The notes beneath the pieces are model-generated. The model was not told the origin of the DNA. It ran no database searches and saw only the letters and a list, made by a program, of their open reading frames with translations. The translations under genes and the position numbers were made by a program. From contig OZ024741.1 of assembly GCA_964016885.1 (NCBI GenBank), positions 413,416,001 to 413,480,000 of the forward strand: a stretch of DNA of 64,000 nucleotides, read 5' to 3'. This DNA is from Eledone cirrhosa (lineage: Eukaryota). Below, piece by piece: positions 13,258 to 27,744 of this stretch (its first letter is position 1; every line of letters starts with the position of its first letter).

Positions 13258-14225
13258 AATATACCTGTAGGTTGTTATATATTGATATACCTGTAGGTTG
13301 TTATATATTGATATACATGTAGGTTGTTACATATTGATATACATGTTGGTTGTTACATATTGATATACCTGTAGGTTGTTATATATTGATATACATGTTG
13401 GTTGTTACATATTGATATACCTGTAGGTTGTTATATATTGATATACATGTTGGTTGTTACATATTGATATACCTGTAGGTTGTTATATATTGATATACAT
13501 GTAGGTTGTTACATATTGATATACATGTTGGTTGTTACATATTGATATACCTGTAGGTTGTTACATATTGATATACATGTTGGTTGTTACATATTGATAT
13601 ACCTGTAGGTTGTTATATATTGATATACCTGTAGGTTGTTATATATTGATATACATGTTGGTTGTTACATATTGATATACCTGTAGGTTGTTATATATTG
13701 ATATACATGTTGGTTGTTACATATTGATATACCTGTAGGTTGTTATATATTGATATACCTGTAGGTTGTTATATATTGATATACCTGTTGGTTGTTATAT
13801 ATTGATATACCTGTAGGTTGTTATATATTGATATACCTGTAGGTTGTTATATATTGATATACCTGTAGGTTGTTATATATTGATATACATGTTGGTTGTT
13901 ATATATTGATATACCTGTAGGTTGTTATATATTGATATACCTGTAGGTTGTTATATATTGATATACATGTTGGTTGTTATATATTGATATACCTGTAGGT
14001 TGTTATATATTGATATACATGTAGGTTGTTACATATTGATATACATGTTGGTTGTTACATATTGATATACCTGTAGGTTGTTACATATTGATATACATGT
14101 TGGTTGTTACATATTGATATACCTGTAGGTTGTTACATATTGATATACCTGTAGGTTGTTATATATTGATATACATGTAGGTTGTTATATATTGATATAC
14201 CTGTAGGTTGTTACATATTGATATA
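13258..14225. repeat. 26-bp minisatellite (atattgatatacctgtaggttgttat)
   Basis: Period 26 (13261 vs 13287), about 37 copies. Confidence 0.95.
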
Positions 14226-14375
14226 TAAATATATGATTGGTGATCATTAACCACCCAGGGGTGACTGGTGATCTAACAACATCAGAACCCCACCCCATAT
14301 GTCATAAAAAACATCTGAGAAACCTGCTATGAGAAACAACCTTGTAGGAAGTCTATTAAACCTACATAGGTGTAT

Positions 14376-14377
<2 letters not shown>

Positions 14378-14454
<77 letters not shown>

Positions 14455-14632
14455 TCTCTATCTCTCTCTCTCTCTCATCTCACTCTCTCTCTCACTCTCT
14501 ATCTTTCTCTCATCTCTATCTCTCTCATTCTCTCTATCACTCTCTCATCTTTCTCTTTCTCATCTTTCTCCCTCTCACTCTATCTTTCTATCTCTCTATC
14601 TATCTCCCTTCCTCATCTCTCTCACTCTCCCC
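14378..14632. repeat. (CT)n microsatellite, degenerate
   Basis: Direct reading. Confidence 0.9.
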
Positions 14633-14740
14633 CTCGTTATCATTACATCTTGTGATTCTTAACATCCTGTAACTGGTTTCTTCCTTCCAATCTTAATAGT
14701 ATCTTTACTAGTGAATAGATCATTGTGAGCATTTGCAGTA

Positions 14741-14917
14741 TTAATCCCTTAGCATTTAAACCAGCTGTATCCGGCCAGAATTCACTCACCTCTTTCTGTT
14801 CAAACCAGCCGGCCGTAACTGGCCACTCATACTGACATTAAGGTATTGTTCTCAAAACTATTGTTCTCAAAACTATGAAAATATAATAGTAGAGTAATGT
14901 AAATGCTAAAGGGTTAA
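14741..14917. mobile_element. Small MITE with TTAA-CCCT...AGGG-TTAA ends (piggyBac-like)
   Basis: ttaatcccttagcattta ... taaatgctaaagggttaa are inverted ends. A related copy lies at ~56659-56880. Confidence 0.65.
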
Positions 14918-15029
14918 AGGCTTTAATATTTAATGTGATGCAGTTATAGTGATATTTTGTACTATCCAAGTATATCTGGTTACTGTGATTTCATGTGTTT
15001 TGTTAATTCAAATATTTATAGTACCTTTA

Positions 15030-18000
15030 CATGGCCTAGTGGTAAGGGTGTTGGACTTACAATCATAATGTTATGGGTTCCATTGCTGGGCGGTGTTGTG
15101 TGTTGTGTTCTTGAGCAAAATACTTTATTTTACGTTGCTTCAGTATACTCAGCTGAAAATGAGTACCAGCAATAGGTGGGGGGTTTAACCCTGTGATTGA
15201 CTGGTGTCCTGTCCAGGGGTAGTCCAGCAATAGGTGAGGGTTTAACCCTGTGATGGACTGGTGTCCTGTCCAGGGGGAGTCCAGCAATAGGTGGGGGTTT
15301 AACCCTGCAATGGACTGGTGTCCTGTCCGGGGGTAGTCCAGCAATAGGTGAGGGTTTAACCCTGTGATGGACTGGTGTCCTGTTCAGGGGGAGTCCAGCA
15401 ATAGGTGGGGGTTTAACCCTGTGATGAACTGGTGTCCTGTTCAGGGGGAGTCCAGCAATAGGTGAGGGTTTAACCCTGTGATGGACTGGTGTCCTGTCCA
15501 GGGGGAGTCCAGCAATAGGTGGGGGTTTAACCCTGCAATGGACTGGTGTCCTGTCCAGGGGTAGTCCAGCAATAGGTGGGGGTTTAACCCTGTGATTGAC
15601 TGGTGTCCTGTCCAGGGGTAGTCCAGCAATAGGTGGGGGTTTAACCCTGTGATGGACTGGTGTCCTGTCCAGGGGGAGTCCAGCAATAGGTGGGGGTTTA
15701 ACCCTGCAATGGACTGGTGTCCTGTCCAGGGGGAGTCCAGCAATAGGTGGGGGTTTAATCCTGTGATGGGCTGGTGTCCTGTCCGGGGGTAGTCCAGCAA
15801 TAGGTGGGGGTTTAACCCTGTGATGGACTGGTGTCCTGTTCAGGGGGAGTCCAGCAATAGGTGGGGGTTTAACCCTGTGATGGATGGACTGGTGTCCTGT
15901 TCAGGGGGAGTCCAGCAATAGGTGGGGGTTTAACCCTGTGATGAACTGGTGTCCTGTTCAGGGGGAGTCCAGCAATAGGTGGGGGTTTAATCCTGTGATG
16001 GACTGGTGTCCTGTCCAGGGGTAGTCCAGCAATAGGTGGGGGTTTAACCCTGCAATGGACTGGTGTCCTGTCCAGGAGGAGTCCAGCAATAGGTGGGGGG
16101 TTTAACCCTGTGATTGACTGGTGTCCTGTCCAGGGGTAGTCCAGCAATAGGTGAGGGTTTAACCCTGTGATGGACTGGTGTCCTGTCCAGGGGGAGTCCA
16201 GCAATAGGTGGGGGTTTAACCCTGCAATGGACTGGTGTCCTGTCCGGGGGTAGTCCAGCAATAGGTGAGGGTTTAACCCTGTGATGGACTGGTGTCCTGT
16301 TCAGGGGGAGTCCAGCAATAGGTGGGGGTTTAACCCTGTGATGAACTGGTGTCCTGTTCAGGGGGAGTCCAGCAATAGGTGAGGGTTTAACCCTGTGATG
16401 GACTGGTGTCCTGTCCAGGGGGAGTCCAGCAATAGGTGGGGGTTTAACCCTGCAATGGACTGGTGTCCTGTCCAGGGGTAGTCCAGCAATAGGTGGGGGT
16501 TTAACCCTGTGATTGACTGGTGTCCTGTCCAGGGGTAGTCCAGCAATAGGTGGGGGTTTAACCCTGTGATGGACTGGTGTCCTGTCCAGGGGGAGTCCAG
16601 CAATAGGTGGGGGTTTAACCCTGCAATGGACTGGTGTCCTGTCCAGGAGGAGTCCAGCAATAGGTGGGGGTTTAATCCTGTGATGGGCTGGTGTCCTGTC
16701 CGGGGGTAGTCCAGCAATAGGTGGGGGTTTAACCCTGTGATGGACTGGTGTCCTGTTCAGGGGGAGTCCAGCAATAGGTGGGGGTTTAACCCTGTGATGG
16801 ATGGACTGGTGTCCTGTTCAGGGGGAGTCCAGCAATAGGTGGGGGTTTAACCCTGTGATGAACTGGTGTCCTGTTCAGGGGGAGTCCAGCAATAGGTGGG
16901 GGTTTAATCCTGTGATGGACTGGTGTCCTGTCCAGGGGTAGTCCAGCAATAGGTGGGGGTTTAACCCTGCAATGGACTGGTGTCCTGTCCAGGGGTAGTC
17001 CAGCAATAGGTGGGGGTTTAACCCTGTGATTGACTGGTGTCCTGTCCAGGGGTAGTCCAGCAATAGGTGGGGGTTTAACCCTGTGATGGACTGGTGTCCT
17101 GTCCAGGGGGAGTCCAGCAATAGGTGGGGGTTTAACCCTGCAATGGACTGGTGTCCTGTCCAGGAGGAGTCCAGCAATAGGTGGGGGTTTAATCCTGTGA
17201 TGGGCTGGTGTCCTGTCCGGGGGTAGTCCAACAATAGGTGGGGGTTTAACCCTGTGATGGACTGGTGTCCTGTTCAGGGGGAGTCCAGCAATAGGTGGGG
17301 GTTTAACCCTGTGATGGATGGACTGGTGTCCTGTTCAGGGGGAGTCCAGCAATAGGTGGGGGTTTAACCCTGTGATGAACTGGTGTCCTGTTCAGGGGGA
17401 GTCCAGCAATAGGTGGGGGTTTAATCCTGTGATGGACTGGTGTCCTGTCCAGGGGTAGTCCAGCAATAGGTGGGGGTTTAACCCTGCAATGGACTGGTGT
17501 CCTGTCCAGGAGGAGTCCAGCAATAGGCGGGGGTTTAATCCTGTGATGGGCTGGTGTCCTGTCCAGGAGGAGTCCAGCAATAGGCGGGGGTTTAATCCTG
17601 TGATGGGCTGGTGTCCTGTCCGGGGTAGTCCAGCAATAGGTGGGGGTTTAATCCTGTGATGGGCTGGTGTCCTGTCCAGGGGTAGTCCAGCAATAGGTGG
17701 GGGTTTAACCCTGTGATGGACTGGTGTCCTGTCCAGGGGGAGTCCAGCAATAGGTGGGGGTTTAACCCTGCGATGGACTGGTGTCCTGTCCAGGGGGAGT
17801 CCAGCAATAGGTGGGGGTTTAATCCTGCGATGGGCTGGTGTCCTGTCCGGGGGTAGTCCAGCAATAGGTGGGGGTTTAACCCTGTGATGGGCTGGTGTCC
17901 TGTCCGGGGGTAGTCCAGCAATAGGTGGGGGTTTAACCCTGTGATGGACTGGTGTCCTGTTCAGGGGAAGTCCAGCAATAGGTGGGGGTTTAACCCTGCG

Positions 18001-18122
18001 ATGGACTGGTGTCCTGTCCAGGAGGAGTCTTGTATTCTCAGTGGCTTCATGCCATGAAACTAGGATAAGCACCGGCCTGATGAGCCTTAAATGGCTTAAG
18101 ATAGACTTTAGACTTTAGATCT
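15030..18122 (+). mobile_element. tRNA-headed SINE split by an internal tandem expansion
   Basis: A-box 'tggcctagtgg' at ~15032, degenerate B-box, and core 'cttgagcaaaatactttattttacgttgcttcagtatactcagctg' shared with other SINEs here. The SINE-like 3' part 'gcttcatgccatgaaactaggataagcaccggcctgatgagcc...agactttagacttt' resumes after the array. Confidence 0.7.
15167..18028. repeat. 57-bp minisatellite (~50 copies) with a 517-bp higher-order period
   Basis: Unit ccagcaataggtgggggtttaaccctgtgatggactggtgtcctgtccagggggagt. Equivalent ORF ends at 16358/16875/17392 are spaced 517 bp. Confidence 0.95.
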
Positions 18123-18437
18123 TTACTAGTGGACAGATTGTCATAAAAATTTACAGTAGGAGAGTAAAAACTAGAATTGTTAATGTGATGGAGTTATAGC
18201 ATGTGTTGTTAATGTGGTACCATGTGGTGCAGGATGAGAAGAGTTAATACCAATATCATTTTACATTAGTTTTTCCATGGTAACATGGGTTTGATGGGTT
18301 GTTGTAAACTAAGTCAGTACATAATTGAAGCTACAGCCCTCTCAAAGAAAACTAGGGAGTCCATATCTCAATTATGTTCTGGTTTTGGTATGGTTTCTAC
18401 AGCTTAATGCCCTTCTATATTCAAACCACTTTAAAGA

Positions 18438-18493
<56 letters not shown>

Positions 18494-19008
18494 GTAGAAA
18501 TCCATGGATGAAAGATCAAGGAAAACAGTGCTTGATCTGTTGGAAGAGAGCTTTATTTAATATAAACAAAGTTCCATACACTTAACATGTATGGGCTGCC
18601 ATTAGTAGCACATACATGTGAAGTGTATAATATATATATATATATATATGAAACGACCCCTAGTTCTATGATACCAAACTGTTTATTTTAAAAGGTTTAT
18701 GTTCATCTAAAATACCTCCTTCTAAGTAGGAACCTTTGTTAAGTTATGTTCCAAATACCAGCTTAATAATGAGAAAGTTAGTGGATTTCTTAAACAAACA
18801 ATTACATTATAAAATGACTTAATGTGATTACTATATAGTTGATAGATGTCTGAGAAACATATGTTGGTTATATTATTAAATCTTTCCTAGTAAGAACCTT
18901 CATTAAGTTATGTTCCAAACACCAGCTTAACAATGAGAAAGTTAGATATAATATTAAATCTTTCCTAGTAAGAACCTTTGTTGAGTTATGTTCCTAACAC
19001 CAACTTAA

Positions 19009-19563
19009 GAGCAGAGTCTTCAGACAGACATTCCTGAAGCAACCATCTTCAATTGATTTGTCTAGATCCCTAGAAATGACCAGTCAAGTTCATGGATGTT
19101 ATCACAGGCAGTGTCTTTCATTAGAAATATGATAATGAAAGTGTTAACTTATGTAATATTGTTGTATGTGTTGTAACAAGGTTTTATTTCAGAGGTAAAC
19201 TCTCACACACAGATCTACTTTCAGAAAGCTACCCAACATATGATTTATATATTTCATCATCTCATTCTACACTTCATTTAGCCTTTAAACTAATTTTGTA
19301 TCCCTGACTAGTAACACTGTAATTAGAACCATATTCTACACAAACTGCAATGTTTAGGTGCCAGAATCTCTGTTTATTTGAAATTAGATAATTTCTCCTT
19401 TATTATCAACCTAACTAATACTTCCATCACCTCTTCTATCATCATCATTCTTCATTTAAAATGAAAACCTAGATAAGTTACAATTTCACCCCCCTCCATA
19501 ACCATCTTAACAAATATCAGACAATTTAACAGCAATAAAACTGTGGTTTTGTTGTTGAGAAAT
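19009..19563 (+). repeat. 555-bp segment, inverted copy of 61781-62335
   Basis: Both ends and the internal stretches compared by eye are exact reverse complements. Confidence 0.93.
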
Positions 19564-19714
19564 ATCTCAGCTAAATTCTTCTGTTGTTTTACTGGTTTCA
19601 GTCATTAGACTATGGCCATGCTGGGCACCACATTCTGTTATGTCTTTTACTGATATCAGCCATTAGACTATGGCCATGCTGGGGCACTCACTACCTTGAT
19701 TTGGTCAGTCATAT

Positions 19715-20095
19715 CGACTCCTTGGAGTAATATTACTTGATAGGGTGCGTAACTTGGGGATGAGAGAGCTACTCCAGGTAGAGCCGCTACTTCTCCGAAT
19801 TGAGAGACCAGAGCTCCGATACTATTGACCTGTGGCTAGAAAGTCTCAGGAAAGAATCACTGGACAGATTTTACAGGCAAAACCAACCAGCAGGAGACCC
19901 AGGGGTAGACCCTGAGCAAGATGGTAGGATAACATTCATGAGCTTGGCTGGTCTCACTTGGGGATCCAGCTGGATCAGTTGGAGATGGTTGCTTCTGACA
20001 GCCCCTGCTGGGGCAGTGTTTCAGGGCTCTGCTGCAGCAGGTCCTCTCAGGAATAAGTGGGTGAAGAAGAAGGGGGAGGAGGAGGAGGAGGTGGA
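19715..20095 (+). mobile_element. Decayed 3' end of an RTE-clade LINE (third family)
   Basis: 'gtagagccgctacttctccgaattgagaga' (VEPLLLRIER) and 'ggagacccaggggtagaccc' (RPRGRP) motifs, followed by a (GAA/GGA) tail. Confidence 0.6.
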
Positions 20096-20199
20096 GAAGA
20101 AAAAGAAATCAAACACAATACTTATTTTCTTGTCTGTTATTTATCTTTTTTTTTGTCAAACTGCCAAGTTATGAGACATAAACACAGACTTAAAGACAT

Positions 20200-20856
20200 G
20201 GACACACACACACATACACATCCCCCTCCACACACACACTCACATATACACATCCACCCCTCCACACACACACTCACACATACACATCCACCCCTCCACA
20301 CACACACACATCCCCCTCCACACACACACACACACACATACCCCCCCCCCCCCTCCACACACACACATCCACCCCTCCACACACACACACACATACACAT
20401 CCACCCCTCCCCTCCACACACACACACACACACACACACACATCCCCCCTCCCCCCACCCCACCCCACACACACACACATATTTCATCCTCCTCCTCATC
20501 ATAACATCTGCTTTCCCTGGCTGCAGAAGACCCCAAAAGACATAAACAGAGATGGTGGATGCTGATTAAACTACAACTGACAAAGAAGCTGACAGTGAGA
20601 AACAGATGTTATACCAGGGAGGACCAGTCTAGTGGTGGTGGTGGTGGTGGTGTGGTTGTGGTGAAATGGTGATGATGGTGCTGGTGGTGGTGGTAGTGGT
20701 GGTGTTGGTGATGATGATGGTGGTGTAGTGGTGGTGGTGGTAGTGGTGATGGTGATGGTGGTGTTGGTGATAGTGGTGGTAGTGGTGGTGGTGGTGGTGG
20801 TGATGGTAATGGTGCTGGTGTAGTGGTGGTGTTGGTGATGATAGTGGTGGTGGTAC
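20200..20856. repeat. CA/C-rich low-complexity tract and degenerate (GGT)n
   Basis: Direct reading. Confidence 0.85.
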
Positions 20857-21399
20857 CTTGATGTAACATTTTGTTACACTATGAACCAAATAGATTCTTT
20901 GACTTAATTAACCAACACAATAAGAGAGAGGTGGCAAGCCTGCTGCCTTTGTTTTTTACTCTTCTTTATATATTTCCTCATTTTATTGAGGAAGATCAGA
21001 CATAACAGTTTGAAATGATAATGATGTTAACAGGTTTTAGTGATCTGCTGAGTGGAAACTACTGGAAACTAATCTAGTCAATAGTCTATTTACTTTGGTT
21101 TTTGTCTTCTCAATTTGTAAATTAAATTTTATTGTTTCCTGGGAAAGATTTTATTGAATTTTTATATATTAATTGACAGAAACGTGCTGACGGATTTCCT
21201 TGTAATATATTGCTGTTACTCTACAAATATGTTTTGCTTTTTATTTTATTAGTTTTGTTTGTTTTTTGGAAAGCCACCACAATGCAGATAATTCTAATAA
21301 TATTTGAATAAGCTACATAAAATATCCTTGGAGATGAAATAAAGTAGACATCTGCCACAACAGAACAACACATCAGCTGGTTACACTGGTCAACACATG

Positions 21400-24300
21400 G
21401 TTAAAAAACATAGACAGTATCTTTCATTAGAAATATGGTAATGAAAGGGTTAAAAAACATAGACAGTATCTTTCATTAGAAATATGGTAATGAAAGGGTT
21501 GAACAACATAGACAGTGTCTTACATTAGAAATATGGTAATGGAAGGGTTAAACAACATAGACAGTGTCTTACATTAGAAATATGGTAATGAAAGGGTTAA
21601 ACAACATAGACAGTGTCTTTCATTAGAAATATGGTAATGAAAGACTTAAATAAAATAAACAGTGTATTTCATTAGAAATATGGTAATGAAAGGGTTAAAC
21701 AATATAGACAGTGTCTTTCATTAGAAATATGGTAATGAAAGGGTTAAACAACATAGACAGTGTCTTTCATTAGAAATATGTTAATGGAAGGGTTAAACAA
21801 AATAGACTGTGTCTTTCATTAGAAATATGGTAATGGAAGGGTTAAACAAAATAGACTGTGTCTTTCATTAGAAATATGGTAATCAAAGGGTTAAACAACA
21901 TAGACAGTGTCTTTCATTAGAAATATGATAATGAAAGGGTTAAACAACATAGACAGTGTCTTTCATTAGAAATATGGTAATGGAAGGGTTAAACAAAATA
22001 GACTGTGTCTTTCATTAGAAATATGGTAATGGAAGGGTTAAACAACATAGACAGTGTCTTACATAAGTAATATGGTAATGAAAGGGTTAAACAACATAGA
22101 CAGTGTCTTACATTAGAAATATGGTAATGAAAGGGTTAAACAACATAGACAGTGTCTTTCATTAGAAATATGGTAATGAAAGACTTAAATAACATAAACA
22201 GTGTATTTCATTAGAAATATGGTAATGAAAGGGTTAAACAATATAGACAGTGTCTTTCATTAGAAATATGGTAATGAAAGGGTTAAACAACATAGACAGT
22301 GTCTTTCATTAGAAATATGGTAATGGAAGGGTTAAACAAAATAGACTGTGTCTTTCATTAGAAATATGGTAATGGAAGGGTTAAACAAAATAGACTGTGT
22401 CTTTCATTAGAAATATGGTAATCAAAGGGTTAAACAACATAGACAGTGTCTTTCATTAGAAATATGATAATGAAAGGGTTAAACAACATAGACAGTGTCT
22501 TTCATTAGAAATATGGTAATGGAAGGGTTAAACAAAATAGACTGTGTCTTTCATTAGAAATATGGTAATGGAAGGGTTAAACAACATAGACAGTGTCTTA
22601 CATAAGTAATATGGTAATGAAAGGGTTAAACAACATAGACAGTGTCTTACATTAGAAATATGGTAATGAAAGGGTTAAACAACATAGACAGTGTCTTTCA
22701 TTAGAAATATGGTAATGGAAGGGTTAAACAAAATAGACTGTGTCTTTCATTAGAAATATGGTAATCAAAGGGTTAAACAACATAGACAGTGTCTTTCATT
22801 AGAAATATGGTAATGGAAGGGTTAAACAACATAGACAGTGTCTTTCGTTAGAAATATGGTAATGAAAGGGTTAAACAACATAGACAGTGTCTTTCATTAG
22901 AAATATGGTAATCAAAGGGTTAAACAACATAGACAGTGTCTTTCATTAGATATATGGTAATCAAGGGGTTAAATAACATAGTCAGTGTCTTTCATTAGAA
23001 ATATGATAATGAATGGGTTAAACAACATAGACAGTGTCTTACATTAGAAATATGGTAATCAAAGGGTTAAACAACATAGACAGTGTCTTTCATTAGATAT
23101 ATGGTAATCAAGGGGTTAAATAACATAGTCAGTGTCTTTCATTAGAAATATGATAATGAAAGGGTTAAACAACATAGACAGTGTCTTACATTAGAAATAT
23201 GGTAATGGATGGGTTAAACAAAATAGACTGTGTCTTTCATTAGAAATATGGTAATCAAAGGGTTAAACAACATAGACAGTGTCTTTCATTAGATATATGG
23301 TAATCAAGGGGTTAAATAACATAGTCAGTGTCTTTCATTAGAAATATGATAATGAAAGGGTTAAACAACATAGACAGTGTCTTACATTAGAAATATGGTA
23401 ATGGAAGGGTTAAACAAAATAGACTGTGTCTTTCATTAGAAATATGGTAATCAAAGGGTTAAACAACATAGACAGTGCCTTTCGTTAGAAATATGGTAAT
23501 GAAAGGGTTAAACAAGATAGACTGTGTCTTTCATTAGATATATGGTAATCAAGGGGTTAAATAACATAGTCAGTGTCTTTCATTAGAAATATTGTGATGA
23601 AAGGGTTAAACAACATAGACAGTGTCTTTCTTTAGAAATATGGTAATGAAAGGGTTATACAACATAGAGAGTGTCTTTCATTAGAAATATAGTAATGAAA
23701 GGGTTAAACAACATAGACAGTGTCTTTCATTAGAAATATGGTAATGGAAGGGTTAAACAAAATAGACTGTGTCTTTCATTAGAAATATGGTAATCAAAGG
23801 GTTAAACAACATAGACAGTGTCTTTCTTTAGAAATATGGTAATGAAAGGGTTATACAACATAGAGAGTGTCTTTCATTAGAAATATAGTAATGAAAGGGT
23901 TAAACAACATAGACAGTGTCTTTCATTAGAAATATGGTAATGGAAGGGTTAAACAAAATAGACTGTGTTTTTCGTTAGAAATATGGTAATGAAAGGATTA
24001 AACAACATAGACAGTGTCTTTCATTAGAAATATGGTAATGAAAGGGTTATACAACATAGAGAGTGTTTTACATTAGAAATATGGTAATGAAAGGGTTAAA
24101 AACATAGACAGTGTCTTTAATTAGAAATATGGTAATGAAAGGGTTAAACAACATAGACAGTGTCTTCCATTAGAAATATGGTAATGAAAGGGTTAAACAA
24201 CATAGACAGTGTCTTACATTAGAACTAAGGTAATGAAACGATTAAACAGCATAGACAGTTCTTTCATTAGAAATATTGTAATGAAAGGGTTAAACAACAT

Positions 24301-26620
24301 AGACAGTATCTTTCATTAGAAATATGGTAATGAAAGGGTTAAACAGCATAGACAGTGTCTTTTATTAGAAATATGGTAATGGAAGGTTTCATGACATAGA
24401 CAGTGTCTTTAGAAATATGGTAATGAAAGTTTTAAACAACATAGACAGTGTCTTACATTAGAAATATGGCAGTGAAAGGGTTAAACAACATAGACAGTGT
24501 CTTACATTAGAAATATGGTAATGAAAGGGTTAAACAACATAGACAGTATCTTTCATTAGAAATATGGTAATGAAAGGGTTAAACAATATAGACAGTTCTT
24601 TCATTAAAAATATGGTAATGAAAGGGTTAAACAACAGACAGTGTCTTACATTAGAAATATGGTAATGAAAGAGTTAAACAACATAGATAGTGTCTTACAT
24701 AAGAAATATGGTAATGGAAGGGTTCATGACATAGACAGTGTCTTTAGAAAAATGGTAATGAAATGGGTAAACAACATAGACAGTGTCTTACATTAGAAAT
24801 ATGGCAATGAAATGGTTAAACAGCATAGACAGTGTCTTTTATTAGAAATATGGTAATGAACGTGTTAAACAACATAGACAGTGTCTTTCATTAAAAATAT
24901 CGTAATGAAAGGGTTAAACAACATAGACAGTGTCTTACATCAGAAATATGGTAATCGAAGGGTTAAACAAAATAGACAGTGTCTTACATTAGAAATATGG
25001 TAATGAAAGGGTTAAACAACATAGACAGTGTCTTACATTAGAACTAAGGTAATGAAACGATTAAACAGCATAGACAGTGTCTTACATTAGAAATATGGTA
25101 ATGAAAGGGTTTAACAACATAGAAAGTGTCTTAAATTAGAAATATGGTAATGAAAGTGTTAAACAACGTAGACAGTGTCTTACATTAGAAATATGGTAAT
25201 GAAAGGGTTAAACAATATAGACAGTGTCTTACATTAGAAATATGGTAATGGAAGGGTTATACAACATAGACAGTGTCTTACATTAGAAATATGGTAATGA
25301 AAGGGTTAAACAACATAGACAGTTCTTTCATTAGAAATATTGTAATGAAAGGGTTAAACAACATAGACAGTATCTTTCATTAGAAATATGGTAATGAAAG
25401 GGTTAAACAATATAGACAGTTCTTTCATTAAAAATATGGTAATGAAAGGGTTAAACAACAGACAGTGTCTTACATTAGAAATATGGTAATGAAAGGGTTA
25501 AACAACATAGATAGTGTCTTACATAAGAAATATGGTAATGGAAGGGTTAATGACATAGACAGTGTCTTTAGAAAAATGGTAATGAAATGGGTAAACAACA
25601 TAGACAGTGTCTTACATTAGAAATATGGTAATGAAATGGTTAAACAGCATAGACAGTGTCTTTTATTAGAAATATGGTAATGAACGTGTTAAACAACATA
25701 GACAGTGTCTTTCATTAAAAATATCGTAATGAAAGGGTTAAACAACATAGACAGTGTCTTACATTAGAAATATGGTAATCGAAGGGTTAAACAAAATAGA
25801 CAGTGTCTTACATTAGAAATATGGTAATGAAAGGGTTAAACAACATAGACAGTGTCTTACATTAGAACTAAGGTAATGAAACGATTAAACAGCATAGACA
25901 GTGTCTTACATTAGAAATATGGTAATGAAAGGGTTTAACAACATAGAAAGTGTCTTAAATTAGAAATATGGTAATGAAAGTGTTAAACAACGTAGACAGT
26001 GTCTTACATTAGAAATATGGTAATGAAAGGGTTAAACAATATAGACAGTGTCTTACATTAGAAATATGGTAATGAAAGGGTTAAACAACATAGACAGTGT
26101 CTTACATTACAAATATGGTAATGAAAGGGTTAAACAACATAGACAGTGTCTTACATTAGAAATATGGTAATGAAAGGGTTATACAACATAGACAGTGTCT
26201 TACATTAGAAATATGGTAATGAAAGGGTTAAACAACATAGACAGTGTCTTACATTAGAAATATGGTAATGAAAGGTTTAAACAACATAGAGAGTGTCCTA
26301 CCTTAGAAATACGGTAATGAAAGGGTTAAAGACATAGACAGTGTCTTTTATTAGAAATATTGTAAAGAAAGGGTTAACCAACATAGATAGTGTCTTACAT
26401 TAGAAATATGGTATTGAAAGGGTTAAACAACATAAACAGTGTCTTACATTAGAAATATGGTAATGAAAGGGTTAAACAACATAGACAGTGTCTTACATTA
26501 GAAATATGGTAATGAAAGTGTTAAACAACATAGACAGTGTCTTACATTAGAAATATGGTATTGAAATTGTTAAACAACATAGACAGTGTCTTACATTAGA
26601 AATATGGTAATGGAAGGGTT
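21400..26620. repeat. 49-bp satellite, array 1 (~106 copies)
   Basis: Unit acatagacagtgtctttcattagaaatatggtaatgaaagggttaaaca. The variant 'agacttaaat' recurs about 539 bp (11 units) apart. Confidence 0.95.
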
Positions 26621-26835
26621 ACACTGGTCAAGACAGGTTTAAACATCACAGCAAAGCTCATCTGGCTGCTAGTGACCGTTTTGTAGAAACTTTGACGGTT
26701 AAGCTAGACATATAAACATCATTTAGTTTAATCTATTTCATACAAACAACACCCCTAAACTGCTTCTATAAAAGAAAACTTCCAATTTTAAAGTGCTCCT
26801 ATTTATATTAAAACCTTCCAACATATAAACAGTGG

Positions 26836-27469
26836 TGTGCTCATATGCAGAGATGTTATAAAATAGCTTATAAAGGAGGATGAAGACCCTTAAAGATGGG
26901 AAGCCACTAGCGGTTATCTTCGACATGTGGGGTTTGTTAACTAGCTGGTGGGACATGTGGGGTTTGTTGTCTAGCTGGTATCTGGTGGGACATGTGGCGT
27001 TTGTTGTCTAGCTGGTATCCGGTGGGACATGTGGGGTTTGTTGTCTAGCTGGTATCCGGTAGGACATATGGAGTTTGTTGTCTAGCTGGTATCCGGTGGG
27101 ACATGTGGGGTTTGTTGTCTAGCTTGTATCCGGTGGGACATGTGGAGTTTGTTGTCTAGCTGGTATCCGGTGGGACATCTTGGGTTTGTTGTCTAGCTGG
27201 TATCTGGTGGGACATGTGGGGTTTGTTCTCTAGCTGGTATCTGGTGGGACATGTGGGGTTTGTTGTCGAGCTTGTATATGGTGGGACATGTGGGGTTTGT
27301 TGTCTAGCTGGTATCTGGTGGGACATTTGGTTTTTTTTACCTAGCTGGTATCTGGGACATGTGGTGTTTGTTATCTTCTAGCAGCCAATGGCAACTTGTT
27401 TTTCCATCTTTTAGAGTCTTCACCCTATTTTATAAACTATTTTATTACATCTCCACACATGAGAACACA
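26836..27469. mobile_element. Foldback/MITE-like element with ~70-bp imperfect inverted arms enclosing a 37-bp minisatellite
   Basis: Left arm tgtgctcatatgcagagatgttataaaatagcttataaaggaggatgaagacccttaaagatgggaa matches the reverse complement at ~27400-27469. Internal unit ggtgggacatgtggggtttgttgtctagctggtatcc. Confidence 0.65.
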
Positions 27470-27744
27470 ATTCTTTATATTAATTTTATCCCTTTGGCAC
27501 TTCGTAAAAGTCTGAGAGATTGGCTTCGTATACACAATGTTTTTTTCCAACATAATTTGATATAAGAATCGTTTGTTGAGTCAAGTTACAAATATCATCT
27601 TAGTAATAAAATATTTCATAATTTTAGTAATTCCCTTAAAACTCTTAATTAATTTATTCAAATACAGTTTATTTTATTGGGAAAACTGTCTAGAAATGGA
27701 TAAAATATTTAATAATTTAGTTATTAAACATATTATATTTAGCC

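Noticed and set aside
15063-18072. ORFs with 19-aa repeats
   Set aside because: By-product of a 57-bp unit (a multiple of 3) inside a SINE.
18070-18105. ctgatgagcc...ggc as a hammerhead
   Set aside because: No GAAA follows the stem; it is part of the SINE 3' region.
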